A stretch of DNA of 64,000 bases from Octopus sinensis (lineage: Eukaryota). Below, piece by piece: positions 26,196 through 38,902 of this stretch (its first letter is position 1; every line of letters begins with the position of its first letter). A model generated the notes under the pieces. That model searched no databases and was not told the DNA's origin. It saw nothing but the letters and a program-made list of their open reading frames with translations. The DNA lies in NCBI RefSeq assembly GCF_006345805.1, contig NC_043002.1:93434001-93498000 (forward strand). Reading direction: 5' to 3'. Position numbers and translations under genes: made by a program.

Positions 26196-26726
26196 CATCC
26201 TGCCAAAATATTCTCCCTATATTATATTCAAACAAACCAGATCTAGCCTTTCATACCTATCCTACAATATCATTCAAAATTTTTTAAAAAATCACATCAT
26301 TGAAATCTCAAAGCTATGAGATTATGCATGATTAATTCAAAACAGTGTGAATTAATAAGCCTTACATTTGACAGAGTAATCTGAATACTAAAGGGTTAAT
26401 AATGATTTGGTTGGGTCAGCAACGAGGTGCTGTGCCAGTGGCTTTTGTAGGCCCTCTTGGAGAAGTGGCGTCAATGTGTTTGATAGTCCTCATGTTAGAT
26501 TTGTCACATGAAGTCATATATCTCATTCAATATCTCTGCTATAATGGTTTCAATCATTAGACTGTGGCCATACTGGAGCACCACAGTCAAATGTTTTTAG
26601 TCAGGCTTCTTGACTCCAGTGCTTATTTAGTGTGGTGCTTATTTTATTCATCTCTATGTTTGGAATAGTCTTTATTTCTCTGTTTTTTTTTTGTGTGTGT
26701 CAAGGGGAGTGTCTTGACACACCTGT

Positions 26727-26759
<33 letters not shown>

Positions 26760-26767
26760 TATATATA

Positions 26768-27135
26768 TATCTTATTATAAAAGGCAGATTTTATCTGCCT
26801 CCCTTTTGGAGTTATACAAATCTACAATATAGGATTTCTTCAATTACAATTTACCTAGCATTTTTAACAGTACAATGCATCGCGTCATGCCAGGTCCAGT
26901 TTTTAAAATTTAAACTCCAATTAAGCAAAATTTACAGAAAACTCACATTCTGGTGTGTGTGTCAAATGCTTTTCTTAGTCTGGTTTACACCACACGCAAA
27001 CGCACACACACAGTGGGCAAAGAATAAAATGAAAGTAATTCACTTCCTGTAGTGAGTGATTCTTTCACTCTGCCTCCCACTTCCTCTTTCCACACATAGA
27101 CACGCAAATATATAAATAAAATTGTAAGCTAACGT
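26768..27135 (-). mobile_element. Helitron-like non-autonomous element
   Basis: Terminus ATCTTATTATAAAAGGCAGATTTTATCTGCCT is the reverse complement type of the 7045-7077 end. Confidence 0.5.
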
Positions 27136-27141
27136 GCGTGT

Positions 27142-27180
<39 letters not shown>

Positions 27181-27273
27181 CATGTGTGTGTGAGGGTGTG
27201 TGTGCGTGTGCGTGAGTGTGTGACAGGAAAGTTTTTTACGACGAATATAAGAACTATATCCAATTAGCAGAAA

Positions 27274-27545
27274 GATAAGACAGTAAGGTGTGATTTGAGG
27301 GAGATTTGGCTGCTATTTCTACCATGTCTAGCTGCCATGTAGGGGTCTCCCTCATAGGCTCATACATACATATATACATAGATAAGACAGTAAGGTGTGA
27401 TTTGGGGGAAATTTGGCTGCTATTTCTACCAGGTCTAGCTACCATGTAGAGGTCCCCCTCATTGGCTCATATATATATACATACATAAGACAGTAAGGTG
27501 TGATTTGAGGGAGATTTGGCTACTGTTTCTACCAGGTCTGTTAGG
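27274..27545. repeat. Tandem triplication of a ~105 bp dispersed repeat
   Basis: ATAAGACAGTAAGGTGTGATTTG.GGGA.ATTTGGCT three times. Confidence 0.9.
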
Positions 27546-27900
27546 CTTCTCATGTAAACTCAAGCTTTCTCATGCCTTGAACATAAGACCAAAGCAGAGA
27601 ATGTATTCTTTTATTCTTCTGCTTTTTCCAGCCATTGGTCTGTGGCCATGCTGGGGCAATGCCTTGAAGAATTGTAGTTTAATGAATCAACTCCAGTTTT
27701 ATTTTTGTAAGCATTGTACTTATTCTATCTGTTTCCTTTGTCAAACCACTAGGTGACAGGGATGTAAACAAACCAACATTCGTTGTCAAGCAGTGGTGGA
27801 GGACAATCACAAGCACAGACACGCACACACACATACATGCATACACATATACACACATACATACATACATACATATATATATATGTGTGTATATATATAT

Positions 27901-28157
27901 TGCAGCGTGGAAGGTGTTTGTAAGCCATTTAAGAAACACACAAAAACCGTTACATTCACTTCAACATTTAAATTTAATTTGCCAAAATATTTTCGTCGCT
28001 TTGAGACCGCGACCTGTTCACTGACAAAAATATCGTGCTAACAGGTCGCGGTCTCAAAGCTTCGAAAATATTTTGACAAATTAAATTTAAATGTTGAAGT
28101 GAATCTAACGGTTTTTGTGTGTTTCTTAAATGGCTTATAAACACCTTCAACGCTGCA
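27901..28157. mobile_element. Penelope-like fold-back (118 bp arms, 21 nt spacer)
   Basis: 27901-28018 is the near-perfect reverse complement of 28040-28157; carries a hammerhead-like motif on minus. Confidence 0.75.
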
Positions 28158-28315
28158 ACTGTTTTCGTTCCAGCACACGATCTCAGATCAAGTCACTTGC
28201 TATGCAAGTACATCTCTGTAACTATATATATATTTATATATATATATATATGTATATTGGTAAAAACAGTAAGATAACAAAAGAAAGAGACCTCAATATT
28301 ATGTAAATAGAGGAA

Positions 28316-28712
28316 ATCTTTATATATAAAAGTGAGGTTGTGTGTCTGTCTCCTACGATTTAGATTCCTAACTACTCCCACATTTTGCGGTGCAGTTTAA
28401 CCAAAACCGGGTATCTTATAGTCGTGATTCATATCGAGACCGTCTGGGTATTAGCGCGCGTCTACGATGAGTCTACGATTTAAAAAAAAATTTACCATCA
28501 ATTTTTCCCATTTTTAATCCATTTTTGACATATATAAGGGAAGTAACTCTCTAAAATTTATTATTAAATCTCAGAACGTAAAAAGCTACAGTAACACCCC
28601 TCCCCCTTTGTGGTTAGCCATATTGAGATGGCTATTATACTTTACATCTCTAAAAATGCTTATATAATTATTTCCCTTACAAACCCGAGCAACGCCAGGC
28701 GATACTGCTAGT
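28316..28712 (-). mobile_element. Helitron-like non-autonomous element
   Basis: Reverse complement of 30056-30452. Confidence 0.7.
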
Positions 28713-28723
28713 ATATATATATA

Positions 28724-28930
28724 TCATCATCATCATCATCATCATTTAGCGTCCGTTTTCCATGCTAGCATGGGTTGGACAGTTTAACTGGGGTCTGTGA
28801 AGCCGGAAGGCTTCATCAGGCCCAGTCAGATTTGGCAGTGTTTCTACGGCTGGATGCCCTTCCTAACGCCAACCACTCCGTGAGTGTAGTGGGTGCTTTT
28901 TACGTGCCACCTGCACAGGTGCCAGACAGA
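28724..28930 (-). mobile_element. RTE 3' end, (ATC)n on plus
   Basis: Reverse complement of 50630-50810 type. Confidence 0.88.
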
Positions 28931-28980
28931 GCATATATATATATATGCAAAGACAACACAACACGCACATACACATGACG

Positions 28981-29325
28981 TCTCTTCTTCTTGTCTTGAG
29001 ACAGCATTCACCCGGGGTGGGTTGAGCTGGCTTCATTCATCCTCAATGCTGCATCTCTCACAAATGCCAACCAGACCTGGTGATTTGAGGCTAACGACCG
29101 CGTGATCTCCAGTCACTCCTTATTCCAGCAGTGAACACCGTAGATATGGGGGCCTAGGTTGGGTTCCAGATCAGCCTTGACTGTCATCAGCCAGGTTTTT
29201 CATTGTCAACCACATTGCTTTCGGTGTGACACCAGTGCAAAATCACCTCCCGCCGACAAGTCATCCTAACGAGACATCTGCGTTGGCTGGGTCATGCCCT
29301 CCGTCGTCAACATGACTTCTGCATG
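28981..29325 (-). mobile_element. RTE-clade LINE fragment with inverted 5' segment
   Basis: Minus: G*Q*KTWLMTVKADL...WLAFVRDAA (CGA->TGA decay of GRQRKTW); plus 29230-29325: VILTRHLRWLGHALRRQ. Confidence 0.75.
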
Positions 29326-30055
29326 GTTACTATCTATCAAATTTCATACATAAGGTATTGTTGGAAATTGATGACTGCAGGAAAACTATAGGCAGAGAGG
29401 GAATTTGAGAGGACTGACATTTTTCGAAGTAAAGGATTGGTTAAAATGATTACTGGCCAAATGGTAGAAAGATCTCAACTAGTGTTGTGGAGCAGAGCCC
29501 ATTGTAGTTGTTATAGAAGAGCTAACATTATAACTAAAATGGTGGTGGTGCTAGCTGTTGTGATAGAAATGGTAGTGGTGATGTTGATGGGGGGGTGATG
29601 ATAATGGTGGTGGTGGTGGTGATGATGAATGTTGTGTAGATTTGAAAGAGAAGTTATTTTTGTAGCTACTTGTAATTTCTTTCAAGCCTGTTTATCAGAT
29701 TGATAGTGTGGGTTACGTTAATTGACATGACTTACCTCAATACAAACAAACAAAAAAAAAAGTTTCTGTCATATCAGAGATTGTGACTCAACAGGGTTGC
29801 TTGATCTGCTAGGAATAGATACACAGTTGAGCAGATCTTTGATCAGGTTTGACATGCAGCTAAACAATGACCAATGACAAGAACAACTGTGATAAATTGC
29901 ACACCTTAAGTATTCAGTTACAATATATATGACATTTACCAGAAGAAATATGTCTCTCTATATATATCACATATAAGATTGTGTGTGTGTGTGTGTGTGT
30001 GTATATACATTTAATTCAGTTGACACACACATGCACTCACAGAATTTTATATATG

Positions 30056-30452
30056 TCTAGCAGTATCGCCCGGCGTTGCTCGGGTTTGTAAGGGAAATAA
30101 CTATATAAGCATTTTTAGAGATGTAAAGTATAATAGCCATCTCAATATGGCAAACCACAAAGGAGGGGTGTTACTGTAGCTTTTTACGTTCTGAGATTTA
30201 ATAATAAATTTTTAGAGAGTTACTTCTCTTATATATGCCAAAAATGCATTAAAAATGGGAAAAATTGATGGTAAATTTTTTTTAAATCGTAGACTCATCG
30301 TAGACGCGCGCTAATACTCAGAAGGGCTCGATATGAATCACGACTATAAGATACCTGGTTTTGGTTAAACTGCACCGCAAAATGTGGGAGTAGTTAGGAA
30401 TCTAAATCGTAGGAGACAGACAGCACACAACCTCACTTTTATATATAAAGAT
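30056..30452 (+). mobile_element. Helitron-like non-autonomous element
   Basis: CTAGCAGTATCGCCCGGCGTTGCTCGGG...CTTTTATATATAAAGAT. Confidence 0.7.
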
Positions 30453-31479
30453 ATGTATGTGTGTGTGTGTGTATGATACAAACAATATATCTGATATTCT
30501 ATGAGGTATTTTTTTTATAATCCCATTGAAAATGAGTAGTAGTAATAGTGGTTGTTGTAGTAGCAATATAGTACTGGTTTTGCATAAACCCTGGTCATTT
30601 GTAATTGTACACTGTCATTATGCAAGCAAGTTGTCTTCTGAAGGGCTGGGTGTGACCCACAGTAATCTGTCTGTCTACATACACACACACACACACACAT
30701 CCCTCCTCTACCTAGCTAAGGTGTGTCTACACTGTATTATCATTATTTCTGTACACCCTTCAGTTATTTTGTAGGTGGTTACAGCATGCATGGATAATTT
30801 GGGCTGAGATAGGTCAGTCGGTGCTCCTCCTCTTCACATATTCATTATTGGTAGTGTACATTCCCAGATCTTTGCATGAGGTTAATGAGGTTATTGCCAT
30901 TTTCAACTGTTCCTTTGTGCATTTCGGTTGGCCTGAAATGAGCAAGGAGCATTGTGTTTTAGTTTAGTCATAGTTCTCTTCTGTGGCATTGTAGATCTGT
31001 ACAGGCATTTTGTGAGTGTTTGTGTCTATAACAGTGAGGGCTGTAAGTGCTGGAGCTTGCTGTGGCAACAAACTATACTCTTCATTTTTAAGTTGTTTTG
31101 GCTCAAAACGTAAGGAAGATAGAATAGGTTGATCCCTCTTGTTTAAATTACTGTTGACTAATGTTGTAAAATGCTAGACATAACTGTAGACAGAAGTGGC
31201 TTTAGTATCTTTTAGTCATAACTAAATTTCTTTGTTGTACTTTGTAGCTGGTGCTTTTGTATCAGGTTACATAGGAGAGAATCTGAAAGATTAACTCTTA
31301 ACTTTTCCTTTTATTTGTTTGCCTAAGAAGGAGTAATAAAAAATAGTGTGTCTATGACCTTTCTAGATAATATGAAGCACTCTGAGTAGAGTTCAAAAGT
31401 AATAACATTTAAATAGGTATGGCTGAATCATTAGAGTATTGGACAAAATATCTTGAAGTATTTGATAACTGCCTTTATG

Positions 31480-31900
31480 TCCTTGCTTGCTTGCTTGCTT
31501 CTTTCTTCATACTTTTGCTTGATGGCGCCTCCGGGACCATCCCAGGTTAGTGGTCCCAGAGGCGCCATCGCATGTTGAGCTGACCAGGTTCACCAGTGCT
31601 CTCCATTGCTGGTGGTGCAATGCCAGCCCCTCTGCATGTTCCAAGATGATGTCGGATCTCTGGAGATCTTCCTTAATCAAATCCAGCTATCTGGTGCAGG
31701 GCCTGCCCACAGCTGCTGTGTTGAATGAGAGTAAGGCCTTGGTTTGATGATCTGGCAGGAGGTAAAGGACATATCTGTACCAACTCATCCAGCAGATAAA
31801 TATGAGGGGGGATGAGGTTGTGGGCTGATGTGTGTGCACATGCAGTTCTTTGTTGGAATTGGACTTGGTACAGTCTGGATAGCTAAACCTGGAAGGTGAT
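31480..31900 (-). mobile_element. RTE-clade LINE 3' fragment with (AAGC)n tail
   Basis: Minus translation SWYRYVL.LLPDHQTKALL...GRPCTR*LDLIKEDL...QWRALV is an RTE ORF2 C-terminus. Confidence 0.75.
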
Positions 31901-33456
31901 TGACAACATCATCATCTTCCTCTGCTGAAGATTATTTGTCACTAGCTGCTGGGTGTGCTGAGGAACTCAACTTGGCAATACCAACCATTGATTGCAGGCT
32001 GCAATACTCGAGTTGTAGTGGTGAGTAAACCCTGCCACCAAGTACTTTATGTTCTGTGTTGAAATCTGTCTGAGGTCAGTGGGGTTCATCAGTAAATTTA
32101 AGTACCAGTCAACTACTGGGATAGATATAACTGATTGTTTCTTCCTCCAAAATTTGTAACCTTATATCATTGTTAGAAATCAATGCTTTCTTTGAATTGT
32201 TGTTGGTTTGTAGCTCAAGAGAAATCTAGTTATGAAGACAAAGCAGAGATTAGGACAAAGTATGGTAGCTTGAAGCTGAGCCACAGTAGAGCTGATGAAA
32301 GGATGGCATCAATGATTGATGTTAGGTTAGCAAGTTCAGAAGAACAGAAATTGTTGTAGTAACAGTAGGCTAGTGGCTACATGGTTGATAATAAATAGGA
32401 ACTCACCTACGAAGCAAATGTCCTTTATATGATGTAATCTAGCATATAGATCACTCTTCCTCCTTGCACCCCACCACACTTCATATCAGTGCATTGATAG
32501 ATGCACTATGTATGCAATGCACATACTAAACACTTAAAGAAGTACCTACATACACATGAACACATATACTATCATTGCACACAAACATGCACACTGACAC
32601 AAAGTTATCTTCTTTACTTTCACAATTTTGCTATTGCTCTCATGTTTGAAACTTTTTTCTTTTCCCTTCACCACTGGACATTCTAGCCTCCAACCATTTT
32701 TAACATGGCTTGACACAGACTAGAATCTATTTCTCTATAATTCGCATTTTTATTTATTTTTTTTTCTACCTATTTCCTTCCACCTGACTTACTAGAGAAG
32801 TGCTTAAACTTGAAATGTCAAAGACACTTCTACTGTTTTCCTTTCTTGAGTGTCAGTGTTTTCACTTTGTCTTTCATGTTGTTGTTTGTGTGTATGTATG
32901 TGTGTGTCCTCATCTTAGCTGTATTGGAAAATGTTCAATATTCACTTACTGGATGCCATACCTATCTCTGTGTCCAATTGTAATATCAAAGAATTTCAGA
33001 GCTTACTCGTTTTATTCTTCATTTATTGTCAATACCATTAAGACAGTTGAATAAACACCTAATCTATCTATCTTTATTTACTATATTAAATTTTACACCA
33101 GCTTTGAAAATTAGCTTCAATTTATTATTTAGATTATTAGGTTGTCTTCTCTTTTGATTGTGTAGTAACCACTTCATTTGTCAGCACTTCACTGAAAATA
33201 GTTCATAATGATTCAAACCACAATATATCTTACTAATTTTTCTTTGTCATTTTCTGCAGGTGTGCAATATATCTCAGCATGGTTGACTTTACCTTTCGTC
33301 TGTCTGGGGTTAGTTGAGTACTGAAGTTGTTCTCATTGTCTGTATACATCACCTGCATTTGAGGCCTTTTGCCCATATTATAAATCATTGTTACAAATTT
33401 TATATCATCTGCTTACAGTGTGCAAGTAAAAATCTATTGAAAAAATGTTATTATAT

Positions 33457-33847
33457 AGGTGCAGGCATGGCTGTGTGGTAAGAAGTTTGCTTTGCAAACA
33501 CATGGTTCAGGGTTCAGTCCCACTGCATGACACCTTGGGCAAGTGCCTTCAACTATAACCTTGGGTTGACCAAAGTCTTATGAGTGGATTTGGTAGACGG
33601 AAACTGAAAGAAGTCTGTCATTTATTTATTTGTGTGTGTGTGTGTGTTTGTCCTCTAACACTGCTTGACAACTGGTGTGGGTGTATTTAAATCCCCATAA
33701 CTTAGCAGCTTTGTAAAAGAGGCTGATAGAATAAGTACCAGGCTTTAAAAAAAAAAGTATCAGAATTAATTCATTCCACTAAAAATTCTTGAAGATGGTG
33801 CTCCAGCATGGCCACAGTCTAATGACTGAAACAAGTAAAAGATTAAA
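33457..33847 (+). mobile_element. Abundant SINE, older copy
   Basis: Head, body and tail recognisable. Confidence 0.85.
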
Positions 33848-34662
33848 AGCATATTTTCATCATGCATTTTCTTTTTTTATGGTGAGGGTGACTTAACCAC
33901 TGGAAATTCAGTATTTTCCATGTGATACAATGAGACTACAGTAGTGGCCAACAGAAAAGGCAAAGTGAGAGGGCAGGATGTTTGTGGGTCGGCACTGAAT
34001 TTACCATCAGGCAAAATAAGCATGTGTGTAGGGCATCAAGGGAAGTGGGGGGCACTATAGAAACGGTAAATGCTTTACAGCTCAAATTAAATCACTTTAA
34101 ACTTAGCAAAATGATATTTGGGATGCCTTATTTCTATTAAGTATAGAAGCAGATGTGTTATATAAGATTAATTTCATATATATGGGGGCACCACAATCTT
34201 TTGAGTCCCTCTTTGTGAATCTTGATCTGGTCCTGCTGTGGGTTATCAGGGCTTGGAATGTGTTGATGAGTGACTCCATGCTGATCATAAGCTCAGTTCA
34301 TGGGTGTATTAGATGCACTCCAATTTCAGCAGTACATATTCAGGAGTAAAAAAAAAATTGTTTTTAATGCACTAAAACATATAATATAGGCTTAACTTTG
34401 TATATGGGACCCAGGGTGAATTTTGAGCCTTTTTTCTCTGTTTTGAACAAAGTGTGTTTTATACACCATCAAATATGGTAATGACTATGTAGAAAATTAT
34501 TTGGAATAAATTTACAGGATTTCTTCAATTCTCTTTCTACACAAGTCATACAGAAAATTGTGTCCATGTTGTTCCAGCCAACATTTTATTGTTAAAGTTG
34601 TTCTTATACTTTAATTTAGATTTAAGTTGTTCTTTACACTTTGTTTTAGATATGTGTAAGAT

Positions 34663-34827
34663 GGCACAGGAGTGGCTGTGTGGTAAGTAGCTTGCTTACC
34701 AACCACATGGTTCCGGGTTCATTCCCACTGTGTGGCACCTTGGGCAAGTGTCTTCTACTATAGCTTCGGGCCAACCAAAGCCTTGTGAGCGGATTTGGTA
34801 GACAGAAACTGGAAGAAGCCCGTCGTA

Positions 34828-34900
<73 letters not shown>

Positions 34901-35113
34901 ATGTGTTTGTGTGTCTGTGTTTGTCCCCCCACCATTGCTTGATAATCGATGGTGGTGTGTTTACGTCCCCGTAACTTAGCAGTTCAGCAAAAGAGACTGA
35001 TAGAATAAGTACTAGACTTACGAAGAATAAGTCCTGGGGTCGATTTACTCGACTAAAAGGCGCTGCTCCAGCATGGCTGCAGTCAAATGACTGAAACAAG
35101 TAAAAGAGTAAAA
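34663..35113 (+). mobile_element. Abundant SINE
   Basis: Full body with TA tract; possible 6 bp TSD AAGATG. Confidence 0.9.
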
Positions 35114-36037
35114 GAAGATGTATTCAATATTTTCTTTTACTTCTGTAAATAAATTTCCATTTTCTTGTCCCATTCTTTCTTGGTTTATATATATTATACA
35201 AATAATCTAAGCTATATAAAGAAACTAATTTCTCTTTTAAATATATCCTTAAGCTATATATTCCTTTTAAAAATAATCTCAAGATTAACAATAGAAGTTA
35301 CAAGTAATTTTAGTGTAAATATGTTAATTTTTGTTGATAAACAATATATTTTTGTCATCCTTATCTCTCTGTTTCAGATCAAAGAATAGTTTCTCTCAGT
35401 AATATATTCTCTAAAATATGCTATTTTTCTATGTTAATTAGTGTTCATTATTATACTTCCACTTAGTGACTCTCTCAATACAACTCTGGCAAGTACATTA
35501 TTATCTATGCTTAACGAAAGAGATCTAATAAGAGTGAAACATGTCTAGAGTTGTCTCATACTTGGTAGAATAATTAAAATAATAGTAGTTATTGATTAAT
35601 ATTGTCTTTTCTTCACTTCATAGTTATGTGTAATTAACTTTTTAATGCTCAATGTACCTGAATATTGTGAGTACAGTATTTCAGTGAATGTACTCTGAAG
35701 TTGTTTAAATTTTGTTTAGATTTCCTTGTTTGATAAACTTTATCAAAAATATCCTGATTCCTCTTTGGTTTGTAAATAATATTCAACTTGAAGATAGATA
35801 ACTATATGTTATAGCCGTTGCTATCTCTGCTATCTTCAAGTAGAGTTCTTAATTTCCCTCTGTTTACTAGATCCAGCTTCTTTAAGTTTGTCTGACATAT
35901 TAACAGAAGAGATTCAATAGAATGATTTGTTTTCTTTCATTCTAAAGTCTCTACACTAATGTTTGTTTATTCAGGTAGCAATTTAAGTAGCAAAGAATGT
36001 TCCCTTGCACCTGTTAGAAAGTTGGGATAACATGTTG

Positions 36038-36678
36038 GTTTTCTAATATGTCCACCAACTTTTATTAAAGATTGCATTTGGGTGTGATCTGAGAAAGCGT
36101 TAACTTGAATGGTCCTGTAGAAACATCTAGTTGAATATGTGGTAATTAAAAGTCCACAAAGTTAGTTGTTGATCTTTTATGTGTGTGCAGAGATATAAAA
36201 TAATGTTTAGATACTAATTGTGTAGGATAACATGTTGGTTTTAATGAAATTAATGTTGATAAACTGAAAATGGTGACAATTAGGTGATGTCTGATATTAA
36301 CGTTGTTCGATGTGAAGCAAGGATAACATGTTGGTATTAGTGATATCAATGACGCTTGACTCAAAGTAGGGATAACAAGATGGGACTAGTGAAATTAGTG
36401 TTTTGTTTCAGTTGGATGTAGGTGTATGGCTGTGTAGTTAAGAAGTTCATTTAACAGCTACATAATTTCAATTTCAATCTCACTTCATGGAACTTTGAAC
36501 AAATGGTTTTTTTTATAACCTTGGGTCAGCCAAATCCTGTCTAATGATATTTGGTTGACATAAACTGCACGGAAGCCTGTGGGAAGGATCTTTGATGTTG
36601 GTTGGGGAGTAGACTTAATTCATTGCCTGTCACTTGCTCCTTGGGCACCTTTTAATAGGGTTCATTCTGTTGCAGGTC
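36038..36678. repeat. 641 bp segmental direct duplication, copy 1
   Basis: Near identical to 40245-40885; I count about 7 substitutions. Confidence 0.95.
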
Positions 36679-38902
36679 TCTGGTCTGAAAGCAACTCCCT
36701 TCTTTCCTCTACCTGTCTCTGAGCCCCTGACAAAAGAACTCATAGACTCTGTTCTTCTTATGATGTCTGAGCCACAAATAAAAAGATTAGTATACCTTGC
36801 TTTTATAGTGAAGGAAATAGAATTAAAGTATTTACTGTAGTGGTTTGGAATGTACTCCACTCTATGAGTGGTAGATGGCAAAGAGGCAGGTCCATTGTGT
36901 TTCATTGGTAATTTTCATTTTTATACAATTATCCTACTTGTCACCCCAGTTTTGTAACAGCTTGTAGTTTTCTGATCATAATATATCACTTTCCTTTCAA
37001 TCAATCTGTTATTTCAGTCTTTGTTCTCTAACTGCTATTATGGCTGCTGTATGTCTAAACAGCTAAATGTATCATAGGTTTTATTTAAGGATTGGGGACA
37101 TTTATAGTTTGTGTTGGCAATAGTCAGGAGATTTAGACTTCTATGGCTGTGCGTATATCTGTCTACTGGCAATATTTTTACACTTTTTTAATTCACCTAT
37201 TGCATGAACGTTAACACCATCAACAATTACGTCATGAGCTAACATGGGAACCTCTACATAGTCAATTGTTCTGTTAGAAATAGCAGCAAAATTTCACTCA
37301 AATGATACCCTACCATATTTAAAATGGAAGGATACATTGGATAATTTGGTGCTGGGTGCATTGCACCTTGGAAAAATGCCTGGGATGGTGACTGCTGAAA
37401 CCCCTTTGATCCTGGGTCTGTTTGGTAAGGACTGACTGAAAGTTGAACAACAACAATAATGACAACAACATATAAAGACATATTTCTCATGCTTACAACT
37501 TATAGTGTTAATCTACCAACAAACATTTTTAATGAACTAAGTTAAAATTTTTTCCAATTATAGACTTTAGAAAGTAAACGAGTTTTATATTTTCGGGTAC
37601 GTTATTCTGAGAGTATTGGATCGTGATGTAGTTAAATGTCATCACATGGTTCTTGGATTTTCAGTGGTTTCTACTTTGTTGCAAGTGTTTGGGTCAGGTT
37701 TACAGTCTAAAGGTGACTTCCTCCCTCCTCATCATTGAAAATTTTAAAAATGTCATGGGGAAGAGACTGTTCTTCCTCTTATTATATATGTGTATGTGTC
37801 TTTGGGTCTGTGTTTGCTCCCCTACCACCACTTGACAGCTGGTATTGATTTGTTTATGTCCCTGTAACTTAGTGGTTCAGCAAGGGAGACTGATAGAATA
37901 AGTACCAGGCTTAAAATAAAATAACTGTAATATTCATTTGACTAAAATTTTTCAAGGCAGTGCTCCCGCATGGTCGCAGTCAAATGGCTGAAATGAGTAA
38001 AAAATAAAACACGCACACACACACACCATAAAATTGCTATTATACAGGAACGTGTCTGGTGGATTGGAAAAGTAGGTAGAGCATGAAACAATAATATTTT
38101 GCTGTATTTAATTATGACTATTTTACAGTCTGAGTTCAAATCTTGCCAGGACCAGCTTTACTTTCCTTGATTTTGGGGGTCAATAAAATATGGACAAGTT
38201 AAGTAGTGGGATAATTGTAATTAACTATAAATCTCTACAAATCTCCTCCACAGATATGAGGCTTTGCAGATAAGTTAAAAACTAATATTATAGACACTTG
38301 CAAATGAAAATCAATGCAATGGTAATTTATTATCAAGTTTATTTTCTCAACAAGGCATATAATTTTGTTTGCTCTAGTTGGTCTGATATCGAAATACTTC
38401 TATTGTATAGTCAAGCAGTTTGCAGTTGGGAAGATCATTCAGCTGTAAAACGAAAAATAAATGAATTAAAAAAAAAAAACCTCCCCTAACTAAACACTAT
38501 CTCATCCACACAAACTTGTAAAACAATAGTTCCCTGACAAAATGCCACCTCATCAAGGTAAGTTCTCATCCAGGTATAACAATAGTACTTGACAAAACAC
38601 TATCTCAATCAAGTAAGCAGGTATAGCAATAGCTCTAACTAAATACCACCTCATCCATTTAAGCAAATAAAAAGGATAATGAAAGTATAGAATACCTTAT
38701 ATCGACTACATAATGTTTGTGATATTTTGAGCAAAATAATCAAAAGCTTTAATAAAAAAGATACAGAAATAAAATCAATTCTGGTATTTTCATTCTACTC
38801 AACCTATTCTCTTCACATTATTTTTCCACTCTATTCTCCCTACTGATTCTTTCCATGCTGATCTTTCCACCCTATAAATGAATATGTTGAAAACCATGTT
38901 TA

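Larger units (their letters stand above)
25988..26400. mobile_element. piggyBac-like MITE interrupted by U6 chimera
   Basis: TTTAGCATTTAAACTGGCCATAT...CATTGAAATCTCAAAGCTA...AATACTAAAGGGTTAA aligns with 9910-10082. Confidence 0.7.

Noticed and set aside
32950-33000. Minus-strand FFDITIG resembling a cyclophilin N-terminus
   Set aside because: Stop immediately upstream; the rest of the sequence does not match cyclophilin
36630-36905. ORFs on both strands after duplication copy 1
   Set aside because: No recognisable domain; possibly a retroelement fragment but unsupported
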